Shown: positions 27,333 through 36,452 of the stretch, one piece after another
Layout: the number at the start of each line of letters is the position of its first letter
Numbering within the stretch: position 1 is the stretch's first letter
Virus record (IMG/VR): IMGVR_UViG_3300027608_000028
Coordinates: 6,306-70,305 of that record
Reading direction: 5' to 3' (one strand)
From: a virus
DNA: 64,000 nucleotides
The notes under the pieces: generated by a model
What the model was told of the DNA's origin: nothing
Database searches by the model: none
The model's input: only the letters and a program-made list of their open reading frames with translations
Made by a program: the position numbers and the translations under genes

Positions 27333-27989
27333 TTACCTGTCTACATAAAAATAATGATTTTCAATCTTTGCTACCATTTTCTTTTGCTTACTCCAAAACG
27401 GACTAACTTGGTCGTTATGGTAAAACAATACGCCTTTCAGTGAATCATTAAAACTGTTATAGGCTAATAGCTGGTATGCTACACGTTTACTTTCTTCATA
27501 CTTGTCGTTGTATGTAGACTTAGCGGGACCTTCGCACGTCCAACTAAATTGACAGGCTTCGCCAAATTTCTTTGACTGGCCATTTCGTGTACTACCTTGA
27601 TAAACAACATCACAAACTGATTTAGGAAATCTAGGATCGCGCATACGATTAAGTACGACTCGTCCTACTGCGATTTTTCCAATCACACTCTGTGACGCGG
27701 CTTCATAATAGATATTATCGGTCATGCATTTCAGTTCATCTCTATTAACTGGTTTCGTACCAGGAGATTCATCTGCCATGGCAAACGCTTTGTTTGGGTC
27801 TCGTATTAAAGATACCACAGATGTCTTCACCGTAGTACCTGCTGTCTCGATCCCTGATGCTAATTTTTCTAAACCTCTTGGCATAAATGCCGAAGCAAAA
27901 ACTAACATTAAACAGGCTATTACCACCATTGGTAGACCGAGGATATTTTCTGTTTTTACCATATCGTCTCCTATTAAAAACACTACCAT
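27333..27989 (-). CDS. SleB-like cell wall hydrolase (Hydrolase_2)
   Basis: 'CMTDNIYYEA', 'VVLNR...FPKSVCDVVYQ', 'CQFSW', 'HYFY'; N-terminal TM. Confidence 0.92.
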   Translation of the reverse strand: MVVFLIGDDMVKTENILGLPMVVIACLMLVFASAFMPRGLEKLASGIETAGTTVKTSVVSLIRDPNKAFAMADESPGTKPVNRDELKCMTDNIYYEAASQSVIGKIAVGRVVLNRMRDPRFPKSVCDVVYQGSTRNGQSKKFGEACQFSWTCEGPAKSTYNDKYEESKRVAYQLLAYNSFNDSLKGVLFYHNDQVSPFWSKQKKMVAKIENHYFYVDR

Positions 27990-28077
27990 GTGAGCGCGGG
28001 TTAGCTATTTAACCCATAAGTTCAACATGGACTTTTAAAATACATTGTTTTTAGCAATTAAAATAGTAGTTAACCTA

Positions 28078-28467
28078 CTATTTTGATAATTCTAACAGTA
28101 GTTTATACTGTTGGTATGCTTCTTGGACTGTTTTATTCGATAGACGAACTTTAGATTCCACCTTCTCTCGCTGGCGAATTTCGTCTGCTTCTTTTGTCCA
28201 AGTTCTTAAAATTTCTAATTCTTGTAAACTTCTTTGTAAAATTCTTACTTCATGTTGAGGTAGGATTATTACATATGAGTCATCGTGACCAGGACACATC
28301 CTATGCCTGATCTCGAACACCGGGGGAGGAGTAAACTCCCTGCGACCATCTAAGATTGAAGAATATCTATCCATCGTCACCATGGGTTCTGCTCCGGGAA
28401 TAGACTGTAGCAGAATGCCGCCTATCTCTTTTAAAAACTCTTTGGCTTCTTCATGCCTGGTGATCAT
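28078..28467 (-). CDS. Hypothetical protein
   Basis: 129 aa, coupled. Confidence 0.7.
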   Translation of the reverse strand: MITRHEEAKEFLKEIGGILLQSIPGAEPMVTMDRYSSILDGRREFTPPPVFEIRHRMCPGHDDSYVIILPQHEVRILQRSLQELEILRTWTKEADEIRQREKVESKVRLSNKTVQEAYQQYKLLLELSK

Positions 28468-29123
28468 TTTTGCACGTATGTTCTGTTTAACATAGTATGA
28501 TTATGGTCAGTAGGACCCCAGTCTCCATCCGGGTGGAAAGCAAGAATTGTCATACTATTATCTTCTGTACGGAAGCGATGTCTTTCGTTTTCTTCTAAAC
28601 AGAAAATATTTCCTTCAATCAACGGATTAATATTAACGTGTCCGTCGTCTCCTGCATCACTAAATCCTAATCCTTTTGCTACACATCCAAATCTTAAACT
28701 AGGATGTATGTGATAAGACTGATTGATGTTTTTAGGGAAATACAGTAAATTTAAACTACTGTCGCCCAAACGTGCAGGGAACACTAGCAAACTGTCAGTG
28801 CATCCATCAATATAAGTTAGTCGGCCTTGAGACTCTATCCAACCTGTTTGATCAGAGACTTTGTAGCCTAATCTAATTACAACAAACGCTGTAGTTGTTG
28901 TTTTGATTTTTGCTGACTCGGGAACAAAGAACGCAAAATATTGTCCTGCTTCTAGTTTCCTAACCTTGTCTCCTATTTTAATAGTAGTGTCACCAAAACA
29001 ATATCCATATATGGAACTGTACATGGCATGCTTAGGCGTTGTAAATTGTTCTTCAGCTGTTACCAAATAAGCTGATGCCGGGTACATCGAATCCCACTTT
29101 TCTATCTTGTTACCAAATATCAT
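28464..29123 (-). CDS. Cupin-fold protein
   Basis: 'YIDGCTDS', 'QSYHIHPS', 'ERHRFRT', 'FHPDGDWGPTD'. Confidence 0.7.
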   Translation of the reverse strand: MIFGNKIEKWDSMYPASAYLVTAEEQFTTPKHAMYSSIYGYCFGDTTIKIGDKVRKLEAGQYFAFFVPESAKIKTTTTAFVVIRLGYKVSDQTGWIESQGRLTYIDGCTDSLLVFPARLGDSSLNLLYFPKNINQSYHIHPSLRFGCVAKGLGFSDAGDDGHVNINPLIEGNIFCLEENERHRFRTEDNSMTILAFHPDGDWGPTDHNHTMLNRTYVQK

Positions 29124-29124
29124 A

Positions 29125-29703
29125 TTAATATGTCTCTTTTATTAAATCGCAGATACCCAACTCTAGAGCCTCTTCTGCCGACAACCACATGTCTTGTGGC
29201 GGCAATAAGAATTCTCTAATTTTATCATCTGGCAAACCTGTGCAATGACGATAATGGGCCAGCATCCTATCTCTTGTTAGGTTGAACTCTTTCATAGCGG
29301 CGAACAACTCGTGTTCTTTGCCATCGCTATGCCAACTATATTGGTGACTCAATATACTTGTATTAGGAGTTAGTATTCTATTGCCGGGTTCGCCGGACAT
29401 AAAAATACAAAGGGCGGCACTAGCAACCATTCCTATACCAATAGTTCTAATTGGTATTGCACTACCTTGCATAGTATCAATAATAGCAAAGCCGGCTTGC
29501 AAGTCACCGCCCTCGCTGTGAATAATTAATGTTAGTGATTTCTTTTTCCCACGTTTTACTAGATTCTCTTCAATGATCCATTTTACAACGTCATGGGCAC
29601 TATCTGCATCAATGTCTTTCATTAATAAGAAATAACCATGATCTCTCATCACACTTATTTCAACATCCGCTTCTGTGGGTTTTTTCTCGGGGTATCGAGC
29701 CAT
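29125..29703 (-). CDS. clpP: ClpP-family protease
   Basis: 'HSEGG', 'GMVASAA' (catalytic Ser), 'LSHQ' (His), 'DMWLSAEEALELGICD'. Start set downstream of the sigma70 promoter at 29729-29757. Confidence 0.92.
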   Translation of the reverse strand: MARYPEKKPTEADVEISVMRDHGYFLLMKDIDADSAHDVVKWIIEENLVKRGKKKSLTLIIHSEGGDLQAGFAIIDTMQGSAIPIRTIGIGMVASAALCIFMSGEPGNRILTPNTSILSHQYSWHSDGKEHELFAAMKEFNLTRDRMLAHYRHCTGLPDDKIREFLLPPQDMWLSAEEALELGICDLIKETY

Positions 29704-29780
29704 GTCTAGTTCCTCTATGTACTGTGTAATTATATACTCAGTTATTGTCTGAGTCAAGTATTTATTCAATCAAGTCAAAT

Positions 29781-29806
29781 AAAAAGGCTATCTATGTAGC
29801 CTTTTT
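29781..29806 (-). terminator. Rho-independent terminator
   Basis: AAAAAGGCTA-loop-TAGCCTTTTT. Confidence 0.8.
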
Positions 29807-29807
29807 A

Positions 29808-30023
29808 TTACGTAGTGCTTGTTTTGGATCTAGCCATTTCTACCGCTTTTTCCCTGGCTTGTGCAAGCCTTGCAAGAACATAGTCGGATAAATCGTTGTT
29901 ATCATCTTCTAAGTCTTTTGAGTTACGGATTACATCAAGTTGATTTTTTCTAGCAAAGTAACCGGTTAAGATATCTTCGTCGTCGAATGGAATATCAACT
30001 GGATCGTACTCACTATAACGTAT
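29808..30023 (-). CDS. Acidic hypothetical protein (start uncertain)
   Basis: The C-terminal part of ORF 29808-30269 looks protein-like; no clear start codon. Confidence 0.45.
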   Translation of the reverse strand: MRYSEYDPVDIPFDDEDILTGYFARKNQLDVIRNSKDLEDDNNDLSDYVLARLAQAREKAVEMARSKTSTT

Positions 30024-30042
30024 TAAGGCTGATCTAGTCGGG

Positions 30043-30291
30043 TTACTTCGAAGTAGTTTCGGTTTTCTTATCCTTGGCACTTGCACCTGCTGGTGCGCCA
30101 CTTTTTTTAGGCTCAGCTTTCTGTGCGGCTTTCTTAGCCTTAGCTTCGTCTGCTTTCTTAGCCTTAGCTTCGTCTTTACATTCTTGCGTAACGCAATGCT
30201 TTTTCTTAGGTGCTGGTTCTGTTTTGGCTGGTTCTGCGGCAAAGGCAGAAAGGGCAAATACTGTTGCAATAAGTGCGATAAATTGTTTCAT
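30043..30291 (-). CDS. Small secreted Ala/Lys-rich protein
   Basis: Signal peptide 'MKQFIALIATVFALSAFA'; one Cys pair. Confidence 0.8.
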   Translation of the reverse strand: MKQFIALIATVFALSAFAAEPAKTEPAPKKKHCVTQECKDEAKAKKADEAKAKKAAQKAEPKKSGAPAGASAKDKKTETTSK

Positions 30292-30359
30292 TGTAAACTC
30301 CAATTTTAAAAATATACTGGGACGTAATGTCCCAGTATTTACCAACTAATTTAGTTAAA

Positions 30360-30575
30360 TTACTTTTTAGCAGGAGCGGCAGGAGTTGCGGCGGCAGGAG
30401 CGGCTTTGGCTTCAGCTTTGCAATTCTTGTCTTTAGCAGGATCACATTTAGCGGCAGGAGCAGTTGCGGCTGGAGCAGTTGCGGCTGGCTTGGCTTCTTC
30501 TTTCTTAGCGGCAGGTGCTTGAGCAAATGCAGTAGAAGCGGCGACAGCAATAATAAGTGCGAAAATGGATTTCAT
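30360..30575 (-). CDS. Small secreted Ala/Pro/Lys-rich protein
   Basis: Signal peptide 'MKSIFALIIAVAASTAFA'; 'CDPAKDKNC'. Confidence 0.8.
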   Translation of the reverse strand: MKSIFALIIAVAASTAFAQAPAAKKEEAKPAATAPAATAPAAKCDPAKDKNCKAEAKAAPAAATPAAPAKK

Positions 30576-30678
30576 AAAATACCTTCTTTTGGTTAATGCA
30601 GGAAGAAATTGTTCCCCTACATATATATAACGCGGTAGCCAGCAAGTCCGTTGACAAGCAGTTTATCCAAAATCAAAA

Positions 30679-31056
30679 TTAGTGTTTGGATTTGTAATCT
30701 GCTACTGCGGCTTTAATAGCATCTTCTGCCAAAATGCTACAATGTATTTTAACGGGTGGTAGAGCCAATTCTTCTGCAATTTCACTGTTCTTAATACTGC
30801 CTGCTTGGTCTAATGTCATGCCTTTGACCATTTCGGTGATAAGACTACTGCTGGCAATAGCTGATCCACATCCGTATGTTTTGAATCTGGCATCTGTGAT
30901 GATACCATTTTCACCTACTTTGATTTGCAATTTCATCACATCACCGCAAGCAGGTGCACCAACCATACCAGTGCCTATGTCTTCATCGTCCTTGGAGAAC
31001 GATCCTACATTACGAGGATTCTCGTAATGGTCAAGTACTTTTTCTGAATATGCCAT
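30679..31056 (-). CDS. iscU: Fe-S cluster scaffold IscU
   Basis: 'MAYSEKVLDHYENPRNVG', 'GAPACGDVM', 'GCGSAIASSS', 'LPPVKIHCS'. Confidence 0.98.
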   Translation of the reverse strand: MAYSEKVLDHYENPRNVGSFSKDDEDIGTGMVGAPACGDVMKLQIKVGENGIITDARFKTYGCGSAIASSSLITEMVKGMTLDQAGSIKNSEIAEELALPPVKIHCSILAEDAIKAAVADYKSKH

Positions 31057-31064
31057 AATACTAT

Positions 31065-32279
31065 TTATAGGTTAGGATTTTTTAGGACCATACTAACACA
31101 ACGGCCACTGAATCCAAAACTATTTTTAAGGATATAACGCAGTGGCTTATCCATCGGTTTATGCATAACAAAATTAACGTCATCACGCAATGGATCACGT
31201 AGATGTCCAGTATGTGGAATCATTCCGTGTTGCATTGCCATAATACTATACGCTGTTTCTAATAGGCCACTAGCGGCCATGGTATGACCAATGTGTCCTT
31301 TATTACTGCTGACTGGAGTATCGCTACCAAATACTGTGTGTATCGCTAACGCTTCCGCTTCATCACCTGCAGGTGTGCTTGTTCCGTGGGCATTAATATA
31401 ATCGATATCGCCGGCTTGAATACCTGCTCGCTTAATTGCCTGTGTCATTGTCTTAATACCGCCTACTGCATTAATATCAGGGTCTGTTGGGTGATCTGCT
31501 TCTGTATATGCTCCGAAACTAGAGATTTCTGCTAGGATTGTTGCGTTTCTTGCTATGGCGTCTTTTTTACGTTCAACTACAAAGGCACAAGCGCCATCGC
31601 CTAATATAAAACCGTTTCTTGCTTTATCAAAAGGTCTACTACAGTCATCACTGTCTTCCATACTCAATGCTCGTAGTTGTTGGAAATAGTAACGCCAAAA
31701 TGCACTATCGCCAAAGTCACTACCGCCAGCAACACTATACTCTAAATCTGGATCTGTTTGCAATAACATAGCGGCATGCCTGATGCTTAATAGTCCGCTG
31801 GCACAGGCGCCGGTTGTACTAATACTTGGTCCGTGTAATTTAAAATATGTACTGAGGAATCCGTTAGTCCAATCCTTGCCGCCGTATAAAATTTTGAACG
31901 GATTCACATTTACTTTGCCATCAAACATACTTGCGGCTTGAAATTCTAATAGTTCTTGCGGGCCAGCCAAACTACCATATGTACATGTGGCATAGGCATT
32001 ACCCGATAGGCCTGCCATATCTAATGCTAGTTGTATTGTATGAATACTTGCCTTTTGTACTATAGGCATTAAACGTTGCTCACGATCATTCAATCCCTCT
32101 ATTCGGAATCCTTCTTCGCCGGGAACTTCAAATACACGTTTTTGTATGACACTGGGCCATTTAGGTTCTTGATTTACGGGCTGTGACTTGTCGTGTATTA
32201 AACTGTCCCAACATTGCGTTGGGGTAATACCGCAGGAATCAACCATCCCTATGCCTGTAATAACTACTTCATCTAGCAT
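31065..32279 (-). CDS. fabF: Beta-ketoacyl-ACP synthase (FabF/FabB family, divergent)
   Basis: 'GACASG' (Cys), 'NAHGTST', 'KGHIGH', 'SRPFDKARNGF', 'NSFGF'. Confidence 0.9.
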   Translation of the reverse strand: MLDEVVITGIGMVDSCGITPTQCWDSLIHDKSQPVNQEPKWPSVIQKRVFEVPGEEGFRIEGLNDREQRLMPIVQKASIHTIQLALDMAGLSGNAYATCTYGSLAGPQELLEFQAASMFDGKVNVNPFKILYGGKDWTNGFLSTYFKLHGPSISTTGACASGLLSIRHAAMLLQTDPDLEYSVAGGSDFGDSAFWRYYFQQLRALSMEDSDDCSRPFDKARNGFILGDGACAFVVERKKDAIARNATILAEISSFGAYTEADHPTDPDINAVGGIKTMTQAIKRAGIQAGDIDYINAHGTSTPAGDEAEALAIHTVFGSDTPVSSNKGHIGHTMAASGLLETAYSIMAMQHGMIPHTGHLRDPLRDDVNFVMHKPMDKPLRYILKNSFGFSGRCVSMVLKNPNL

Positions 32280-32317
32280 AATTTTCCTTTACTCTGTGTA
32301 CTATTATATATGCAAAA

Positions 32318-32344
32318 AAATAGGACAGCCAAGACTGTCCTATT
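32318..32344 (-). terminator. Rho-independent terminator
   Basis: AATAGGACAG-loop-CTGTCCTATT plus a T-run. Confidence 0.8.
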
Positions 32345-32364
32345 CTGTTTATTCTAATTAAAGA

Positions 32365-32634
32365 TTAAACGATACCAAGTGCCATGGCTTTGTAACCAGC
32401 GGCAACAAGTGCGCGGCTTGGCTTACCATGACGGTATTCAGTAACAGTAACACCGTTACCAGCAGTACGCTTGTTAGCGTAAATTGCAAAGCCAGCTTGG
32501 CGAAGACGACTAACTTCTGCGCGAAGATTGCCGATGCTAAAACGCTTACGTGCCTGCGATTCGGTAAGTGATTGGCCTTCTAGGACCATTGCTTTATAAG
32601 CCTTACCAGTTTTTGTTTCAAGATTGATTGTCAT
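32365..32634 (-). CDS. Basic winged-helix-like protein
   Basis: 'LRAEVSRLRQAGFAI'; own promoter-like sequence upstream. The fold is inferred. Confidence 0.7.
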   Translation of the reverse strand: MTINLETKTGKAYKAMVLEGQSLTESQARKRFSIGNLRAEVSRLRQAGFAIYANKRTAGNGVTVTEYRHGKPSRALVAAGYKAMALGIV

Positions 32635-32732
32635 ATATTAATTCTCTTAATTTAAATTAAGTTCTGCTCGAGCAGTAACATAAGACAAGTATATAGTATT
32701 AACGTAATAATAGCAAGAACTATTTCTACCGA

Positions 32733-32936
32733 TTAATACTTTTGGTTGATAAAGTTGTTTAATTCTGTTGCTTTGGCAGTTATTTCATCCAATGTATAAA
32801 TTACGGGATGTATGTATGCCTCTTTATTGATATCAGCAAGGCTTTTAGCGGCATTGCATTTTGATTCGTATTCTTTATCTAATACGTCTTTGGCCATTTG
32901 TAATAGCTCTAGTCTTATTTCGTATCCGTTGCTCAC
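32733..32936 (-). CDS. Hypothetical phage protein
   Basis: 'YEIRLELLQMAKD'; AAGGAG SD. Confidence 0.75.
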   Translation of the reverse strand: MSNGYEIRLELLQMAKDVLDKEYESKCNAAKSLADINKEAYIHPVIYTLDEITAKATELNNFINQKY

Positions 32937-32991
32937 TGTGGACTCCTTGTTCTATCCAAATATTTAGCCAAAGTTTAATGTAGATTAAACT

Positions 32992-34263
32992 TTACGACTT
33001 TAACATTGCGGCAGTTTCGGGTAATACTGCTTCCCAGTTAGTTTTACGGCTATAATCCAAGTATGTCATGAACTTTTTAAAGCGACGTAACTCGGTCAGA
33101 TCTTCTACATCCAAATGTGAGGTTAAGAAGTTAACAATAAGGTCACTGACCATGTAGGTAGGTTTAGATGAATAATAATCGATTAATTGTTGTTTCATAT
33201 GTCGTGGTAAACTAATTGTACTGTGCCACTTTGGACTGTCGACGAATCTGATGCTAAGTGGGATTCCTAGCTCATTGCACCATTCTTCAGTTTCTATCAT
33301 ACTGTGACTTGTAGCTATTTGAAAACAACTTGTTAATCTAAATATTTTTATATGTGGATACTGTCGTTGATAACTTTTTACTAATTCAATATTAGATACC
33401 ATGTTATTCCATTTGCCACCGAAACGTATAAGTTCAAATTTATCTCCAATAGCATCTACACTTACTCGCAAGTCGATGTTTTTGAACTTTGTCCATCTAT
33501 CTAAGATACGAGGATTGATAACACTAAGGTTGCTATCGTATTCAAGTTTGATTTGGTCAGCTCTGCCCGAAGCTATGATAACATCCAGTAGTCTATCATG
33601 TTGTTTTAACAACATTGGTTCACCGCCAGTTAGGTATAAATGTTCTAATGTTGGCAATAGTTTATCAAACTTCTCCCACCATATTTCATTCTCCCACCAT
33701 TTGACTTCATTGACATCTATCCATTTATCATTTTTATTTTTTGTTAGTAGAACTTTATTTGGACCAAATCCATTTTCATGCAAGTTATTACCAAACCCAT
33801 TGATTGCCGCCCATTCGTCATACCATTGATTACTGTATTGTGGACCGCATTGTATACATTTAAAATTACAAACGTTACCAAAGTGTACATCTAAGCTGAC
33901 TGGTGACCATGGAACTTGTCCAGTCTTAGTATCATAAAATTTAATAGGAGCAGAGATTACCTTATTAACATACTGCCTTCTACTTTGATTTTGTATAGTA
34001 TCGCGTTCTGCATTTTCTCTGTTTTCGCAACAACTACATAACTCATGCCATTCTTCGCCCTGTTGTTCGCTTAACCTAACAGCTCGATGTTTGTCGGAAT
34101 TAATACCCTGCTCAAACGAATGTGTAAGTATATTCATTACATTATTTTGATCATCGAAGCCTACACTTTCATTGAACTTAGGATCGTTGCTCAAAGAACA
34201 TAATCTAAAGTCCCCGCGGGGAGTTAACGAAAGACTATTCCAAACTGTTTTGCAAACTGCCAT
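32992..34263 (-). CDS. Radical SAM protein with an N-terminal Cys-rich (SPASM/twitch-like) domain
   Basis: CNFKCIQC, 'TGGEP'; start at the TAATG overlap 34263. Confidence 0.92.
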   Translation of the reverse strand: MAVCKTVWNSLSLTPRGDFRLCSLSNDPKFNESVGFDDQNNVMNILTHSFEQGINSDKHRAVRLSEQQGEEWHELCSCCENRENAERDTIQNQSRRQYVNKVISAPIKFYDTKTGQVPWSPVSLDVHFGNVCNFKCIQCGPQYSNQWYDEWAAINGFGNNLHENGFGPNKVLLTKNKNDKWIDVNEVKWWENEIWWEKFDKLLPTLEHLYLTGGEPMLLKQHDRLLDVIIASGRADQIKLEYDSNLSVINPRILDRWTKFKNIDLRVSVDAIGDKFELIRFGGKWNNMVSNIELVKSYQRQYPHIKIFRLTSCFQIATSHSMIETEEWCNELGIPLSIRFVDSPKWHSTISLPRHMKQQLIDYYSSKPTYMVSDLIVNFLTSHLDVEDLTELRRFKKFMTYLDYSRKTNWEAVLPETAAMLKS

Positions 34264-34454
34264 TACCAATGCCTTATTGTATTTGCTATAATAAAAAAGC
34301 AAGTTATAATATGAATTATAACCCAAAATGTTTTAAAGAATAACGCCCACCGGGCTTCTTTTAATGTTAGGATAGGAACGTCCGGCCTATCCTCATCGGT
34401 GTGCCCCATTAAATGTCCAGTTGCCCTGGCCCATACTTTTTCTAAACTATTCAT
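34263..34454 (-). CDS. Small membrane protein
   Basis: C-terminal TM; TATAAATA 7 nt upstream. Confidence 0.75.
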   Translation of the reverse strand: MNSLEKVWARATGHLMGHTDEDRPDVPILTLKEARWALFFKTFWVIIHIITCFFIIANTIRHW

Positions 34455-34473
34455 ACACACCTATTTATAAAAC

Positions 34474-34499
34474 AAAAAAAGGGGCCTAAGCCCCTTTTT
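34474..34499 (-). terminator. Rho-independent terminator
   Basis: AAAAAGGGGC-TTAG-GCCCCTTTTTTT. Confidence 0.85.
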
Positions 34500-34515
34500 A
34501 ACTAACACGCACTAA

Positions 34516-35064
34516 TTAAAATGCAAAGCCTAGTCCTACACCCATAGAATTTTCTTTGATGTCTTGATAACTTCTGCTTACATTTAGATTTGCACTAATC
34601 TGTTTTGTAACAGGAATAGAGTAAGTTCCAAAAACAACAGTCTGTGCTGTTTCGGTTGCGGCAGTTGTACCAACACGAGTCTTAAGACCGGCTAATGCAA
34701 AACCTGGACCAACTGGAACGCCGGCAGTAACACCAACTAAACCATAACGGTAGTCAGCATTTTTAGCACCATTGAATCCGTTGTCAAAACCAACGCCGAT
34801 AAACGGAGTAATTGCTCCGAATTGTTTACCAACAGTAGTTTCAAGGCTGTTCAACATGCCACCGGATGTATTGTTAGTGCTTGTGCGGCTTTGTAGGCCA
34901 AACTGTAGTCCGGCAATTTGTTTGCCTGCACGAACATATTGTGCTGTGCTAACTTCGTTAGAAGTTCGATCAGTTACACGATCTACATCTACGCTGACAT
35001 AGTCAGCGGCGCTAGCGACACCTGCAACGAGTGCAATTAAACTTGCAATTGCGATTTTTTTCAT
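34516..35064 (-). CDS. Small outer-membrane beta-barrel protein
   Basis: Signal peptide, amphipathic strands, C-terminal 'GVGLGFAF'; own promoter (35109-35138) and terminator. Confidence 0.8.
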   Translation of the reverse strand: MKKIAIASLIALVAGVASAADYVSVDVDRVTDRTSNEVSTAQYVRAGKQIAGLQFGLQSRTSTNNTSGGMLNSLETTVGKQFGAITPFIGVGFDNGFNGAKNADYRYGLVGVTAGVPVGPGFALAGLKTRVGTTAATETAQTVVFGTYSIPVTKQISANLNVSRSYQDIKENSMGVGLGFAF

Positions 35065-35156
35065 ATATCATTTCCTTTTTGTTAACGTGACTTTCATCAC
35101 ATTAGACTATTATATATGCCTAGCACCATAAAAGTCAATAGCCCGGTACACCAAAC

Positions 35157-35720
35157 TTATATCCAAAGGTATAATCCGTTTAGACTTAGTAGTACCCCAA
35201 CCCCTGCTACAACAAAACTGCCCCAGAACATGGCCACACTAACTGCCAAAATACTTGCTGATAGCACAACGATTGCCAATTGGTAGGCTGTGCTTGCATA
35301 GCCAATCCATGGACTAGACTTTTTAGCTTCTTCGCGAACAGCTTCCATTTCTTTTGCCTTAACAGCAATTTCTTTCTTGTCAGCATCCATGCGCTCTTTC
35401 TCAGCCATGAACTCTGCTTTGACCTTTGGATCACTTGTTGTTTTTGCCGCTATCTCGTAGCTAACGCCACGTCCTGCTTTGGCTTGATACTGTGCCCAAG
35501 TATTGTTCGCACCTAGTGTATTGTTTAATACTGTGCTGGATAACTTGCCGCCGTACCATGCGTTAACTGCTAGTAACAAAGCAAATACAGAAATAACCAT
35601 ACCTGCTTTGTCTTTTAATTTTGCTTCACGTTCGCTACGTGATCCTACTGGAGGCTTAGGTGCGTCCAAGTCCTTTGGTTGTTTTGTAACTAAATTTAAT
35701 ACTGAATCTATTAATGACAT
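35157..35720 (-). CDS. DUF4337-like membrane protein
   Basis: TM, 'NTWAQYQAK', coiled coil, 'QLAIVVLSASIL', TM. Confidence 0.75.
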   Translation of the reverse strand: MSLIDSVLNLVTKQPKDLDAPKPPVGSRSEREAKLKDKAGMVISVFALLLAVNAWYGGKLSSTVLNNTLGANNTWAQYQAKAGRGVSYEIAAKTTSDPKVKAEFMAEKERMDADKKEIAVKAKEMEAVREEAKKSSPWIGYASTAYQLAIVVLSASILAVSVAMFWGSFVVAGVGVLLSLNGLYLWI

Positions 35721-35771
35721 ACTCTAATCCTTTATCTTAGTAATATATTTACCAAACTAATAAGTAGAATA

Positions 35772-36452
35772 TTACAGTTTAGGGTCTAATATCCATCCGA
35801 GAGCCAATGGCTGAGTAGAGCACAATCTTATTGTTTGTAACTTATAGTATTCAATGACTTGTTCTTCAGTTAAACAATTTGCAATTTTTGTTTCTATCTC
35901 TAATTCTATTAATTTTAATTTTTTTAATCTATTCATTAGCTCGTCTTTTTTAAATTGTGCTAATACACGGGCCTGTGCTCTGGGTATATTAAAAATATCA
36001 GCATATATAATTGCGGCTTCTTCTATCGTCACGTGTTCACTTACTAAGGGATTATTATGAACATCTAGCTTTTCAGTCTGGACTTTAATTAAGTTCCATA
36101 AGCCTACTAACGCATAGCACTTTGCCCTTACTAACCTAATAGGGGTTACATATTCCGTTGGTACTGGCGCCAACGATAATGTTTCGGTTCCATCTGGCTT
36201 AACTAAATTGTATTTTAAAAACTCATGGTACCAGCCTGAGGGTATTTCATGTTTAGGGCTTGGGCCGTGATACAATTTAAAATCTACATCTCCCACACAG
36301 GCAGGGACTCTCCTGATTATATTTTGTACTGGGTAAGGTTCTTGACAAACCCATACTACGTGTTGTGTTGGGTTAAACACCAGCATACGTATGTACGTGT
36401 CTGTTGTAGTGACTGGTTTTGGTATGATTGCTTTTGCTTTTGGTGTTGTCAT
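35772..36452 (-). CDS. Hypothetical protein
   Basis: 226 aa, ATGA-coupled to the PP-loop gene. Confidence 0.75.
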   Translation of the reverse strand: MTTPKAKAIIPKPVTTTDTYIRMLVFNPTQHVVWVCQEPYPVQNIIRRVPACVGDVDFKLYHGPSPKHEIPSGWYHEFLKYNLVKPDGTETLSLAPVPTEYVTPIRLVRAKCYALVGLWNLIKVQTEKLDVHNNPLVSEHVTIEEAAIIYADIFNIPRAQARVLAQFKKDELMNRLKKLKLIELEIETKIANCLTEEQVIEYYKLQTIRLCSTQPLALGWILDPKL

